DNA from: the human T2T-CHM13v2.0 reference genome, Homo sapiens
NCBI RefSeq assembly: GCF_009914755.1
Contig: NC_060928.1
Direction: 5' to 3' (one strand)
Length of the DNA stretch: 64,000 bases
The notes below the pieces were generated by a model, which saw nothing but the letters and a program-made list of their open reading frames with translations, ran no database searches and was not told where the DNA came from. A program made the translations under genes and the position numbers. Shown piece by piece: positions 1-17,140 of the stretch; the stretch's first letter is position 1, and each line of letters opens with the position of its first letter.

Positions 1-156
1 CAGGACAAGTGAAGAGGCAAAAATAGTTTAGGATATGACTATGTAAAAAGATTCCATATAGGAAAACATGCATTCACTAAACTGGACCTTTTTCTCTTGT
101 TTTTTCTCCTCGGCTCATTTCCAAATTGAAGCTTTTCGAAAAAATTGCTATATTTA

Positions 157-304
157 CTACAGGTATGTGCCACCATGCCCAACTAATTTTTGTATTTTTT
201 GTAGAGACAGGTTTCGCCATGTTGCCCAGGCTGGGCTCAAGTGATCCTCTCGCCTCAGCCTCCCAAAGTGCTGGATTACAGGTATGAGCCACTGTTCCCG
301 GCCC
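157..304 (-). mobile_element. Alu fragment (old, left-arm/FLAM-like)
   Basis: cctcccaaagtgctggattacagg...gagccactg Alu signature. Confidence 0.85.
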
Positions 305-3136
305 CAAATTGATGCTTTCTAAATAGCTATTTGAAAGTTCAAGGGAAGTTAAATTCAAAAACAAAACACTAACTTTCTTTTAGCCTAATAATGATGGTTT
401 TTTCTGTCTCAATTTTTTTGCCCTCTTGTAAATTAGCATATACTACTATTCTGTACTACTATAGATTTTTTTAAATGAAGCTGCTTAGAGCTTTATTTAC
501 TATAACAACTTGAGACCGCTTAAAAATAAGTATTTATACACTGGTAATTTTTAATAATGGTTATTTCCAATCCAAAAATATATTTTGTGAGATGGCCACG
601 TTTTCCCTAATTCACACTTCTAAAATTAATAAAATTGCTTAACTCTTTAAAGCATTCCTCAAATAAGTAAAGGATATTTATTTATATTGTTCTCAAATTC
701 TCTTTTTCCAATTCCCCACCCCATCTCAGATAAGAACAAAGAAAATACTATGGATTAAAATTTTCTGACTAGTTTATATCAATAACAGAAGTAGCAAAAA
801 GGCCAGGCAATGTTTGGAGAATTGAGTTTTAACCATGGCAATGGTTACTATATAATCACTAGTACTATCAAGTGAGTTAGAAAAAAAAAATGTAAGTTTA
901 AACAGTCATGAGTATTTGCTGAATGACTGGTCAGCTTGCCTGTGTTGACTTTCATTCGCCGCCTGATTCCACTAACACCTTGAAGAGGGTCAGATGATTC
1001 CTGAAGTGGGCACTAACAATTTCTTTTTTCTCAAAATTTTGTTTCTCTGAAAAGGTTCACCATATTTTCTCTGTGAAGCTTAGTTAATATTTTTCTCCAA
1101 TGAAGCCAGCCATAAAATGAGGAAAAAAATTCGTTAGAAATAGCAAATGAACAGCCATGTCTAATGACAAAATTTTGTGTGTGTCTATAAGAGACCTTGC
1201 CTAAACTCACAAGGGAAAGGCAAGTATTAAAGCTTCATAGTAGGCTGTGGCCCTAACTTGCCCCTTTGTTCTTTTAAAAAATATATAATGACATACTAAG
1301 AGGCTATTGTGCTGTCTTCAAGTTTTCAAGCTTTTGGAGTCACTATTTATGCTTATGACTAGAGCAATGAAAACAAGTCTTTTTTCCCCAAACACAAGTA
1401 GCTTCAGTCCAAGCCACTCCAGACTTCCTTGCCAGTGACCTCAACACTGACCTTGATTTATTCTAGGAAGAACTCTGCCTGTTTAGTTCTTTTAGCTCAT
1501 TTTTATGTGAATTCCCATTCACTAGTAGTGAACTAACTTCAACAATTTCATTTCTAGTCTGCTGACTTTTCATTATTATGGTTTTGTTTTTCCTTACAGT
1601 AGCCTCTTTGGAATCCTGTACACCTAGCTTATGGAAACGTGTTAGCCCAAGCCATGGCAGAGCCAGGTAATTGTCTTATCAAGGCCATACTTAGTCTTGT
1701 TTAAAAGCAGGCATCCCCATCTCTTTGGCGTAGCCCTAAAAGAAGTGGAGGATCAAAGCCACATGCTTCAATTCTCAGTCCTCTTTGCCTGATCACTTTA
1801 TCAAATTTCTGAAGAAAGAACTCAATCCATCCCTCTTCTTCCCAAACTGTGTCAAAGCTGGAGTTGTTTTTCAGTCCAACACTGAGCCACGTTGCTCTGG
1901 GTGGAGCATCAGCATGTCTTCTGAAAGGTTTCACTTAATTGGCCTGTATAAGTCTACATTTCTTGGTTCACCTAAAATCTTATGATACCTGGCTGTTCCC
2001 TTCATGCACTCTTACATCTTAACTCACTGGTACTATCAAGTAGATTATTTTTTAAATGTAAGTTTAAATGGTCATGAGTATTTGCTGAATGGCTGACTGG
2101 TCAGCTTACCCACGTTGACTTTCACCACCTGATTCCACTAACACCTTGAAGAGGATCAGGCTTCAAAGAGCTTGGATCTAGCAGATTTGCTTCTGGCCCA
2201 TAGAAGCCTCTTGAGGGCAAGAACTGTTTTGAACATGTTTGTAGCCCTCCTCGTGCTTTGCACGTAAAGGTCACTCAATGTTTTCAATAATGATAATTAG
2301 CATTGCTGGGGCACTTAGCCTTCAATGACTGGAGGCCCACTGGCAACATTTGCTGGTGATGAAAATCACAAGCAATGTGAAAATACATTGACTACTAACA
2401 GCTGTCGAGCCTTGAAGGTAAATACTACAAAGATGTGAAGTTGAATAAGACAGGCTTGCCCTTAAACTTTTGGGTTTAATGGGGAGAAAGTCCATACAAA
2501 TCATAAGGAGTGAATGGTCAGGAGAAGGGAGGGATCAGTGTGGAGAATATACAATTAGTGGTTGAGGATGGAGGCAGCCAGCCTTCAGCTCCAGACTGGA
2601 ATGTCTTAATTCTGAGCATGTGTGTTTGTTGGGTGGGGAAGAAGGCATTTTACCATTCTACCATGGCAGCTAGGTCAGTGAAGATGGTCCTATCCATGTT
2701 GCCAAATAAATCTCACATAAATCTTAAATATAGTACAATATTATTTCTGTGTAGCCTTTGAATCTTAATACTTTCTTTTTCCCCACCAGACATTCTTAAC
2801 ATAGAATGCTTGACTCTTTTTTACCTAGTAGCACTAGAATATATTTGGACAGTTGAAGTGGCAGAATTCATCTGAAGCTTCTAGGTCATTAGGGTCATTG
2901 TTGGCTAGAACATTTAGCAATTTATATGACTTTAGTTTTGATTTAGAGGCCAGTCTAACTGCTGCCATTTTTTAGAAGGAAAATAAGTTAATAACGAGTT
3001 AGCCTACCTGTTCAAGTGTGTGGATTCTAACTACAGGCACACAAGGACTGGGTTGCATGGGTGTTTCAAGGTCACCCAGGGGAGACAGAGTCTACAAACA
3101 TGGCTTTCTGGAATTGGAAGGCAATTCTGGTAGGGA

Positions 3137-3141
<5 letters not shown>

Positions 3142-3167
<26 letters not shown>

Positions 3168-3444
3168 GGAGACTCTCTGTGTTGCCGAGGTTGGAGTGCA
3201 GTGGCGCAATCTTGGCTCACTGCAGCCTCTGCCTCCTGTGTTCAAGCAGTCCTCCTATCTCAGCACCCAAGTAGCTGGGATTACAAGGTGCCTGCCACCA
3301 CAGCTGGCCAATTTTTTGTATTTTAGTAGAGACAGGGTTTCACCATATGGTCAGGCTAGTCTTGAACTCCTGACCTCAGGTGATCCACCCCCATTGGCCT
3401 CCCAAAGTGCTGGGATTACATGCGTGAGCCACTGCACCTGGCCT
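3142..3444 (-). mobile_element. Alu (AluS)
   Basis: Full dimer with poly-T; TSD GGGAAGTTCTTT. Confidence 0.93.
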
Positions 3445-3529
3445 GGGAAGTTCTTTATTATAGTATCTATTTTTGCAATCTGATGAAGAAGAAATTGACT
3501 GATTGTGACAGAGAACACACACACACACA

Positions 3530-8236
<4,707 letters not shown>

Positions 8237-9012
8237 TTAAATTTAAACAATAATGTATGTTGACGATTCTGGAGCCGTTTCTAATTTCTAGTTCATGAAT
8301 GCCTTTAAAACCAGCTTATTTACTAAAGATTTATTCAAGTTACATGAACTTGAAATAGCATTTGACTTAAAGTCTCTATTTTTTCTGATAAGGTATTTGA
8401 TTTAAAGCAACTCTTTTTTTCTTTAAGCCAATTAATTAGACCTCTTTTATATATTTTTAGCAATGAAACATATGACACATAAATGCGTAGATGTATTAGA
8501 CATGCAGACAGAAGTAGATCTTTTAGGTTCATAAGACCTTTTTTTCCTTCTATTTTAGACTTCCAATTTCTTGGTAGCCTATTTTATTACCCTAGGCAGT
8601 TGTCAGCTAGATAGCCCTAAATTTGTACATTAAAGGAACTCTTAGGTGAAAAAATCAGATAGCTAAATTTACATCTCAAGGTACAGAGAGAAAGAGTCTG
8701 ATGGAAATAGAGGGAAATTAAAAACAAATGCCAAATCAAACATAAAATTATAGAAATCTATCATAGGATTGTATAAGAAGACCAATTTTATTTAGATAGG
8801 TAGTTCTAAACTGGATCTCCTCTGGACTGAGCCCACACTGAATCCTGGGTCTCCAAAAAGAGAATTAATATGAGGCTAAGACCACATGATGCTTTTACAG
8901 TGCATCCTCCTTTTTTTTTTTTTTAACAAAGACATTTCCCTAAGTGTCTAATCCATACTCTTCCTTACTTTAAACTCCCAAGGGTAACCTCTGTTATAGT
9001 AACTATTTTAGT

Positions 9013-9124
9013 GAAAAAGAAGAAGAGGGAGAAGGAGAAGAAGGAGAAGAAGGAGAGGAGAAGAAGGAGGAGAAGGAGGAGGAGGAGGAGGAGGGAGAAG
9101 GAGAAGGAGAAGGAGAAGAAGAAA
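9013..9124. repeat. (GAA/GGA)n polypurine tract
   Basis: About 110 nt of pure purine, directly visible. Confidence 0.95.
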
Positions 9125-9463
9125 CCAGGTAACATAATACAAAAGCAAGGAGTTTAAGACCTGAGATGAACTTGTCTGTTTACGCTCTTGGGATTCCATA
9201 AGGAAAAACAGAGGTTTCTCCCCAAAAGAGAGTCTGGCACCTCCTCTGTTTTCTTTAAGGAATGCCTGTTAGAAACAGGCTGTTAGAAACTATTTTAGGT
9301 TCCTCATGCAGCAGAGGGTGGCAAGAAAAAGGAGAGACAGCAGAAACAAATGAAAAAACAGATTCAGTCCACTGAGAAGAAAAAAAAAACTTGATAAAAA
9401 CAAACAAACCAAGGTCCTAGGAGGGAAAAAAACAAAACAAAACATGAAGGCCTTTAAAATACA

Positions 9464-9505
<42 letters not shown>
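9464..9505. repeat. (CA)n microsatellite
   Basis: Directly visible. Confidence 0.95.
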
Positions 9506-9509
<4 letters not shown>

Positions 9510-10538
9510 ATACACACAAACACATCTTGGATGTTAGCTTTTAATTAAGCTGACTTTTAACCATTAAGCTCCCTAAAAAAAATTCTTTTAAATCTCATTT
9601 CCATATTTTAGCTAGGACACATTGCTGATATTTCAAAAGTTACACGAATACCAAACCAGAAAGGGCTTGATTTAGGAACAAAACCCAGGCTGATGTGATG
9701 AAAAAAAAAGGGCAGAACCTTAGTTACCAAACTGCAGTGTGAGGTGATGCCATTGCTTTTTTAGTTTGGCTTGGTTAGTTAAAAAAAAAAAAAAAAAGGT
9801 GGCCTTGTTATGTAACTGAAGCCCTTTAGGTAATCTAAATAAAAAATCTTTCCCTTTTTTTTTCTTTTGCTGGCCGTTTTTTCTTTTTCCCTTTTTTTCT
9901 TTTTCAATTATGGGAATTTAGCCAATTCAGAGGCCTTGTTCCCCACAATTTGGACTTTCCTTTGGATTTCATCAAGGCTGATAGAGTTGGTCAAACCCAA
10001 TGGGAAAAAAAAAACAAAACAACAAAAATACAAACAAGCAACAGTAACAACAAAAACAGCTAAGCAAATCAAACAAACAATTGCACAATTTATATGATTA
10101 CTGAGTACTCTAATGGTAAGAATTTAAGACCAGCTGATTGTGAATCTTAACTTTAGCTAAGACAGAACCCTGATTCGGCTACTTATCTAAGAATGGGTCT
10201 CAGGCTGAAGACTGCTCTCTACCATCCTAGAAGCAGGAAAAATCTCAAATTGTTTTGAAGTGAGCTCAGACTCCACAAAAGAGTTACCTGCCTTCCATTG
10301 TCATGGAAGTAGGAAAACTTGCTCTCCTTGTTGGAAGCAAGTGAAACTCCAGAAGAGGGGTTGTATAGCCAAGGAAACTTTAGATCTCGACCAAGTTTTG
10401 GGAGATCAGGGATTCTCTAAACGGGAGGCTCCCAGGCCTCAGCCAAGTATCCTATTGGTTTGAGCCATAAAGATAGCTCAAGCTGGTACCAAGCACCAAT
10501 AAGAAATTTGTCAAAGGTCAGGGGAACCTCCACTCAGA

Positions 10539-10556
10539 ATCCCGTTGTGGTTGCCA
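10539..10556 (-). promoter_or_regulatory. Retroviral primer binding site (tRNA-Arg-like)
   Basis: TGGCAACCACAACGGGAT lies 2 nt downstream of the LTR end on the minus strand; the tRNA assignment is from memory. Confidence 0.7.
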
Positions 10557-10558
10557 AT

Positions 10559-12776
10559 TGTGAACCCAAAATATCTGAGACAGGTCTCAGTCAATTTAGA
10601 AAGTTTATTTTGCCGGGACTCTATAGTGGCGATTGGTTGTTTCGTTATGGATGGAGGGGATGATGGTAACCTTGTTATCAAAAAGAGGTTTGTGTCTGAG
10701 GCAGAACTAGATGAATGGTGCAAAAGGAGGCAAGAAGAATGGGAGAAAGTTCGAAAACCTGAAGATTCAGAAGAATGTCCAGAGGAGGTTTATGACCCTC
10801 GATCTCTATATGAAAGGCTACAGGAACAGAAGGACAGGAAGCAGCAGGAGTATGAGGAACAGTTCAAATTCAAAAACATGGTAAGAGGCTTAGATGAAGA
10901 TGAGACCAACTTCCTTGATGAGGTTTCTCGACAGCAGGAACTAATAGAAAAGCAACAAAGAGAAGAAGAACTGAAAGAACTGAAGGAATACAGAAATAAC
11001 CTCAAGAAGGTTGGAATTTCTCAAGAGAACAAGAAGGAAGTGGAAAAGAAACTGACTGTGAAGCCCTTAGAAACCAAGAACAAGTTCTCCCAGGTGAAGC
11101 TGTTGGCAGGAGCTGTGAAGCGTAAGAGCTCAGAGAGTGACAACAGTGTGAAAAGACTGAAACCGGACCCTGAGCCAGATGACAAGAATCAAGAGCCCTC
11201 ATCCTGCAAGTCTCTCAGAAACACCTCCCTGAGTGGCTCCTCCATCCACTGCCCCTCTGCTGCAGTCTGTATCAGCATCCTCCCAGGCCTGTGCACCTAC
11301 TCTGGGAGCAGCAACTCTGAGTCCAGCGCAGACAGTGAAGGCACCATCAATGCCACCGGAAAGATTGTCTCCTTTATCTTCCAAACCAATACCTTCCTTG
11401 AGGCCCCTAGTTTCTCTGTCCTTACACAGGGAGCTCCTCCCCAATGGTAGATCGGACCATTCACGCTGCCTTACAGGCATTATGTCCCTCAAAAAAAAAC
11501 TCCTTTGCCTGCATCCTGTGCACAACATGACATTTTTAACCAATCCAATCTAAAAATGTGCTAGAATCCATCTGTGGCCTGAATCGTGTTTGGTTTCTCG
11601 TTCTACTCCAGTGCAGATGACCAAACCTGTCCTGCTGCCACTTTCCTCACTGATATTGGGAGGAGGGAAAGGCCCAGCTGAAGTTCTACTAAAAATGCCC
11701 TAGGAGAATAGGCACCGGTCGACTTGCCAAAGGGTTTAGGCTTCATTGCTTTCTGTTTTTTACTTTTCCCCAACAACACAAAGAAGTAAGGGCAGTTATT
11801 GGACAGGTGTTATTTAAACATTCTATTGTAGATGAATGTGTTGTTTGGTTCTACTGCATTGTGGAGCATGTGGGGGAAGAGAACTGACCCGGGTGATGAA
11901 ATGGAGCCCTTCCCTGGAACTCACCAGTCCTTGATGTTGTGTGACTAAGTAAAGATGATAAACGTCATCTGCTGGGGGTGTCACTTCACACTTGGCATGC
12001 ACTGTGAAAGCTTTCCGTATCCTTGGCCATTCCCTCTCCCCTCTCTATCCAACCCCATTTATGCATGAAAGGACTGCTAACAAGAAAGCTTCCATCTCAA
12101 ACCTTTTCTCTGCTTGGGAAATTATTTTATGTTTGTTTTTGAAATAAAGGATTTAGTTTAAGATTCTAAATTTTAGAGAAAAAAAAAGAAAGTTTATTTT
12201 GCTAAGGTTAAGGACACACCCATGACATAGCCTCAGGAGGTCACAATGACATGTGCCTAAAGTGGTCAGGGCACAGCTTGGTTTTATACATTTTAGGGAG
12301 ACATGAGACATCAATCAATATATATGTAAGATGTACATTGGCTCAGTCCAGAAAACTGGGACAACGAGAAGCACAGAGGGGCTTCCAGGTCATAGGTAGA
12401 TAAGAGAGAAATGGTTGCATTGTTTTGAGTCTCTGATTAACCTTTTACTAAATACACAACTTACATGTGAGAGGGGGCATAGAGGAATAGTCACTTATAC
12501 CTTGGTCTGGCTTAGTGAAACAATAAGGCAAAGGAAGCACAGATATGCATTTGTCTCACATGAGCAGAGGGATGACTTTGAGTTCTGTCTGTCCTTTGTC
12601 CACAAGGGATTTCCTTGTGTGCAAACTGTGAGGGAGATATGTCACTTTTTAATCTTGGTAGCTATCTCATTTAGAAACAGAATGGGAGGCAGGTTTGCCC
12701 AACGACGCAGTTTCCAGCTTGACTTTTCTCTTTGGCTTAGTGATTTGGGGGTCCCGAGATTTACTTTCCTTTCGCA
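10559..12776 (-). mobile_element. MER4A-type ERV1 LTR (5' LTR), split by the retrocopy: pieces 12203-12776 and 10559-10613
   Basis: Minus strand starts TGCGAAAGGAAAGTAAATCTCGGGACCCC and ends AATAAACTTTCTAAATTGACTGAGACCTGTCTCAGATATTTTGGGTTCACA; TG...CA termini, TATAAAA at 12282-12288. Confidence 0.88.
10615..12187 (+). pseudogene. FAM192BP: Processed (retro)copy of PSME3IP1/FAM192A (PIP30/NIP30); ORF 10647-11450
   Basis: Intronless [12 protein letters not shown]...[14 protein letters not shown]...NTFLEAP recognised as FAM192A, followed by 3' UTR, AATAAA 12143-12148 and an A-tail; 16-bp TSD AGAAAGTTTATTTTGC at 10598-10613 and 12187-12202. The symbol is from recollection of this locus. Confidence 0.92.
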
Positions 12777-14161
12777 CCATCAAGGGACTTCTGTAGACTC
12801 TGTACATGAGTTCAGGGATCACCAGAGACCCCCTTTTTATGAGTTCCCGTGCAGTGGAGCTGCTGAGGTAGGATTAATTTCTCTGCCTTCTTCCCCTGCC
12901 ATAGACAATGTTTAACCTGATTATGCTCTGCAGGCAAGTAGCCACCCTTGGATATTAATCTCCTTATCGAATAAGATAAACTGTGAAGAAGGCATGCCGT
13001 AAAGGAGGGAATGCAAAGCTAGAAAATATGTTCGAATCTGTCATGGGAAGCATGGAGGGAGAAATGAAGATGTGTGGACATCTAGTATTTTCTCTGCTTT
13101 CCCTTCTCTCTGGTCCTTTAAAATTTTCAATTCTCCTGAAAAGAAAAATTGTATCTTGTTTTTGTGAAGCCATTTCCAGCATGAAAACAATTCCATTTGA
13201 CAGTGTAAACTGTCCTATGCTTAGCTGTGTGCTTGCCCTGCACTCCCTCCCTGCCCCCAACTGTGTGAAACAGATGCCTGCAGTGACACTGCCCATCAAT
13301 CACCCCACAGGAAGCAGGGCACAATTCAAAACCCCAAAATGCAGAAACGTGTTCACCTGTGCCTTCCACACAGTGGTGGGGTAGGTAGGAAGCCTAGGGT
13401 ATTACTTGGAAAACAAGCAACATTTTAAGACAGATTAAGTGTAAACTTCTTTGCTCTTTTCTCTGGCATAGTTTTGAGAAATCACCACTAATTGGATACA
13501 TTGTAATGTACAGATAAATTTTCTTCTTTTTTACTATCTCATTTACAATTTAATATCTAACATACAAAAGTTGATCAAAGGCACAAAAACACTAGATAAA
13601 AGGTTGAATATTTAATACCAACCCTTCTGAGTTAATTACCAGATCCTTGTTTTTCAGTAGGAGGCCAGCAAGTTAGGAGTTAAGATGAAAGGAGTCCTAG
13701 ATTTAACCCCAAAAGACCCCCCTTCAATTTTAGCCAGGTCAGGCCCACAAAGAGATGTAGATGTAAACTGATTATGATGCTAAGTGTTTGACAGGGATCC
13801 TCTTTGTGTCCAAGGCCAGTCAAAACTTGAATAATAGTATTTCCGACAAAAAGCTTGCCCCCTTTGCTTTTTAATGGTTCATTTTAATTATTTCTATAAA
13901 TCTGCTTGAGAAATATTAAGATTCTGATTGTTGTGGACTGGTTTATTATTTGCTACCATACCCGAAGTATTTGCCTTCTCATTATAGAAGCTTAGTGCAA
14001 AGAACTGTCCAGAGCTAGTTCACTAAACTAAGCACACACTCGATTTCCAAGGGGAGCAGAAAGGGCTTTACCAATTGCTAAGTCACCAACATGTCCCTTT
14101 GCCCATCTTTCTATGTCCTACAAAGACTTATGTGGGGTGTGCACATAGTATTTCCCCAGGG

Positions 14162-14163
<2 letters not shown>

Positions 14164-14200
<37 letters not shown>

Positions 14201-14224
14201 CTCTCTCTCTCTCTCTCTCTCTCT
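14164..14224. repeat. Compound (CA)n(CT)n microsatellite
   Basis: Directly visible. Confidence 0.95.
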
Positions 14225-14651
14225 AATATTGTTGATTGATTAGGTTTGTTTGGAGACTGCTTAAACTGTGTGTGTTATGGTTTCAAATTACTGTTTGCTC
14301 TTCTAACTTCTTAGAAGGGTAAACAATTTGAAAACAGTTTAAACCCATAGCAAAAGAAACTGGCATCTGACAAACTCTTTAACTTAATTCCTCTTATTAA
14401 GACTCATATACTGTTTTCTGGTGGTAAATAATGGAAAGAAATGATAGGTTTTGATGTTATATTTTACAGCTATTTTTCTCCTCAAGGTTTGAATGTTATA
14501 ACAGCCAGACCCTACACAAACACCAACCAGTTTTCTAAGCACTGAGTCAATTGTAAACTAAAAAGAGCTCTAGCTGGAGGTTTTCTGGGTGAAAGCTCAG
14601 TGATATCTACAGTTTTTTTTTTCTTAGTCTCCTCTTCCATCTCCAGCCTCT

Positions 14652-14654
<3 letters not shown>

Positions 14655-14702
<48 letters not shown>
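14655..14702. repeat. (AC)24 microsatellite
   Basis: Directly visible. Confidence 0.95.
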
Positions 14703-14704
<2 letters not shown>

Positions 14705-14947
14705 AAAACAAATGGATGGACAATTTGCTCTAAGGAAATACAGTATAGATAGGCAGGCATGAGAGTCATCACATTATCTTACTACCTCATTCCTGTATGT
14801 TGGGTAAAGGTTGTCTTTAATCTCTCCTACCTTCAAACAAATCAGGCACTATTGTTGACAAAATACCCCTATTTACTTCTGGCAAGGCAAATGTCATTGA
14901 TGCTACCTTAGATACTAACATCACATGTGGAAGCATTTTCTATTTTA

Positions 14948-15610
<663 letters not shown>

Positions 15611-16647
15611 TTATTTGGAAAATTGCCAGTAAGGTATTTGATACAAATTTGCATTTTATAGTAACAGTAACAATTCTGCTGATTTTATTTTGCACTTGCC
15701 ACTCTTTGAAGGAAACAAGGTCAGAGGATTGGCAAGCCTTTGCATTTGTCTGCAAATCTGTTTAACCATAATGTGGACAGAGTTTGTTTCTTTCTGCAGT
15801 TTCCAATTTTAAAAGGCAAAGATAGCCTAGAATCTTAATACTGAACAACTGATCTAATCAAATATATATTTTAAGAAGAATAACGATTAAAGATTAAGTA
15901 AAGATCTCAGTCTGTACCCTAGAGGGCCCATGAAGTAGCTCATGAATTAGACTCTTACTCCTTAAGCGAATACTAAAAGTCTGTTTTACATGGATTCTGA
16001 AATTTGATTCATTTTGAAGGCTTTGTTTAGTTGTTCCTAATGACAGATTGAAATACAAAATACTTGATGTAGGAGAAACTAAAAGCCTCTCTGGGCCAAG
16101 GAGGCAGAAGCCATAAGAATCAAAATAAACTGGGTGTAGGAAATAAAGCATTCTGGAAAGGGCAACCCAGGGAGAGGGAAGAGCAAGCTGCAAATCGAAT
16201 CAGGAAAACACAGCAGTTCTTCTGCAGGGCCTGGTACCAGTGCCTGGTACAGACCCATTTTCTGGGCCACACTGAGTTATCTAACACACTTTCTGGGAGG
16301 TTTGGCCTGGTTGGAAAAGTGAGAGCTGGTCACACTGCCCACTGCTCAAGAGGCCTGCAGTGGCAGCAGCGCCACCTCCAAGCCACGAATGCCAGTAGCT
16401 GGGCAGACTTTGGGCACACTGGGCTTCAGGAGCCTTTCCAGCCTTATTTAAAGGCTGGTTGGCACATTTGGGGGATACAGATGGACAATCAGCATATTAA
16501 TAGATGAAGAATAAATTGTCTTCTAGATTTTGCAGCTTTAGATCCAATCCATCAAGATATGAACTCTATTGAAGAGTTGCGCCATGCTTCATTCAAGCAC
16601 TTTTTGACCACATCCTATGTACAATTTGAAAAATAAGAGTCAAAGTA

Positions 16648-17140
<493 letters not shown>

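Larger units (their letters stand above)
8240..10558 (-). mobile_element. MER4-group ERV internal sequence, 5' part
   Basis: Continues directly from the LTR and PBS; AT-rich non-coding MER4-int-like sequence with no intact retroviral ORF. Confidence 0.7.

Noticed and set aside
3018-3483. Alu-derived ORFs (here and at 16664, 30194, 32051, 36131, 51546, 60411 and others)
   Set aside because: Translations of Alu consensus sequence, not genes
10545-10646. In-frame 34-codon N-terminal extension fusing ERV/LTR sequence to the retrocopy ORF
   Set aside because: It begins at TTG in antisense LTR/PBS sequence with no supporting promoter; the first ATG (10647) is the parental start
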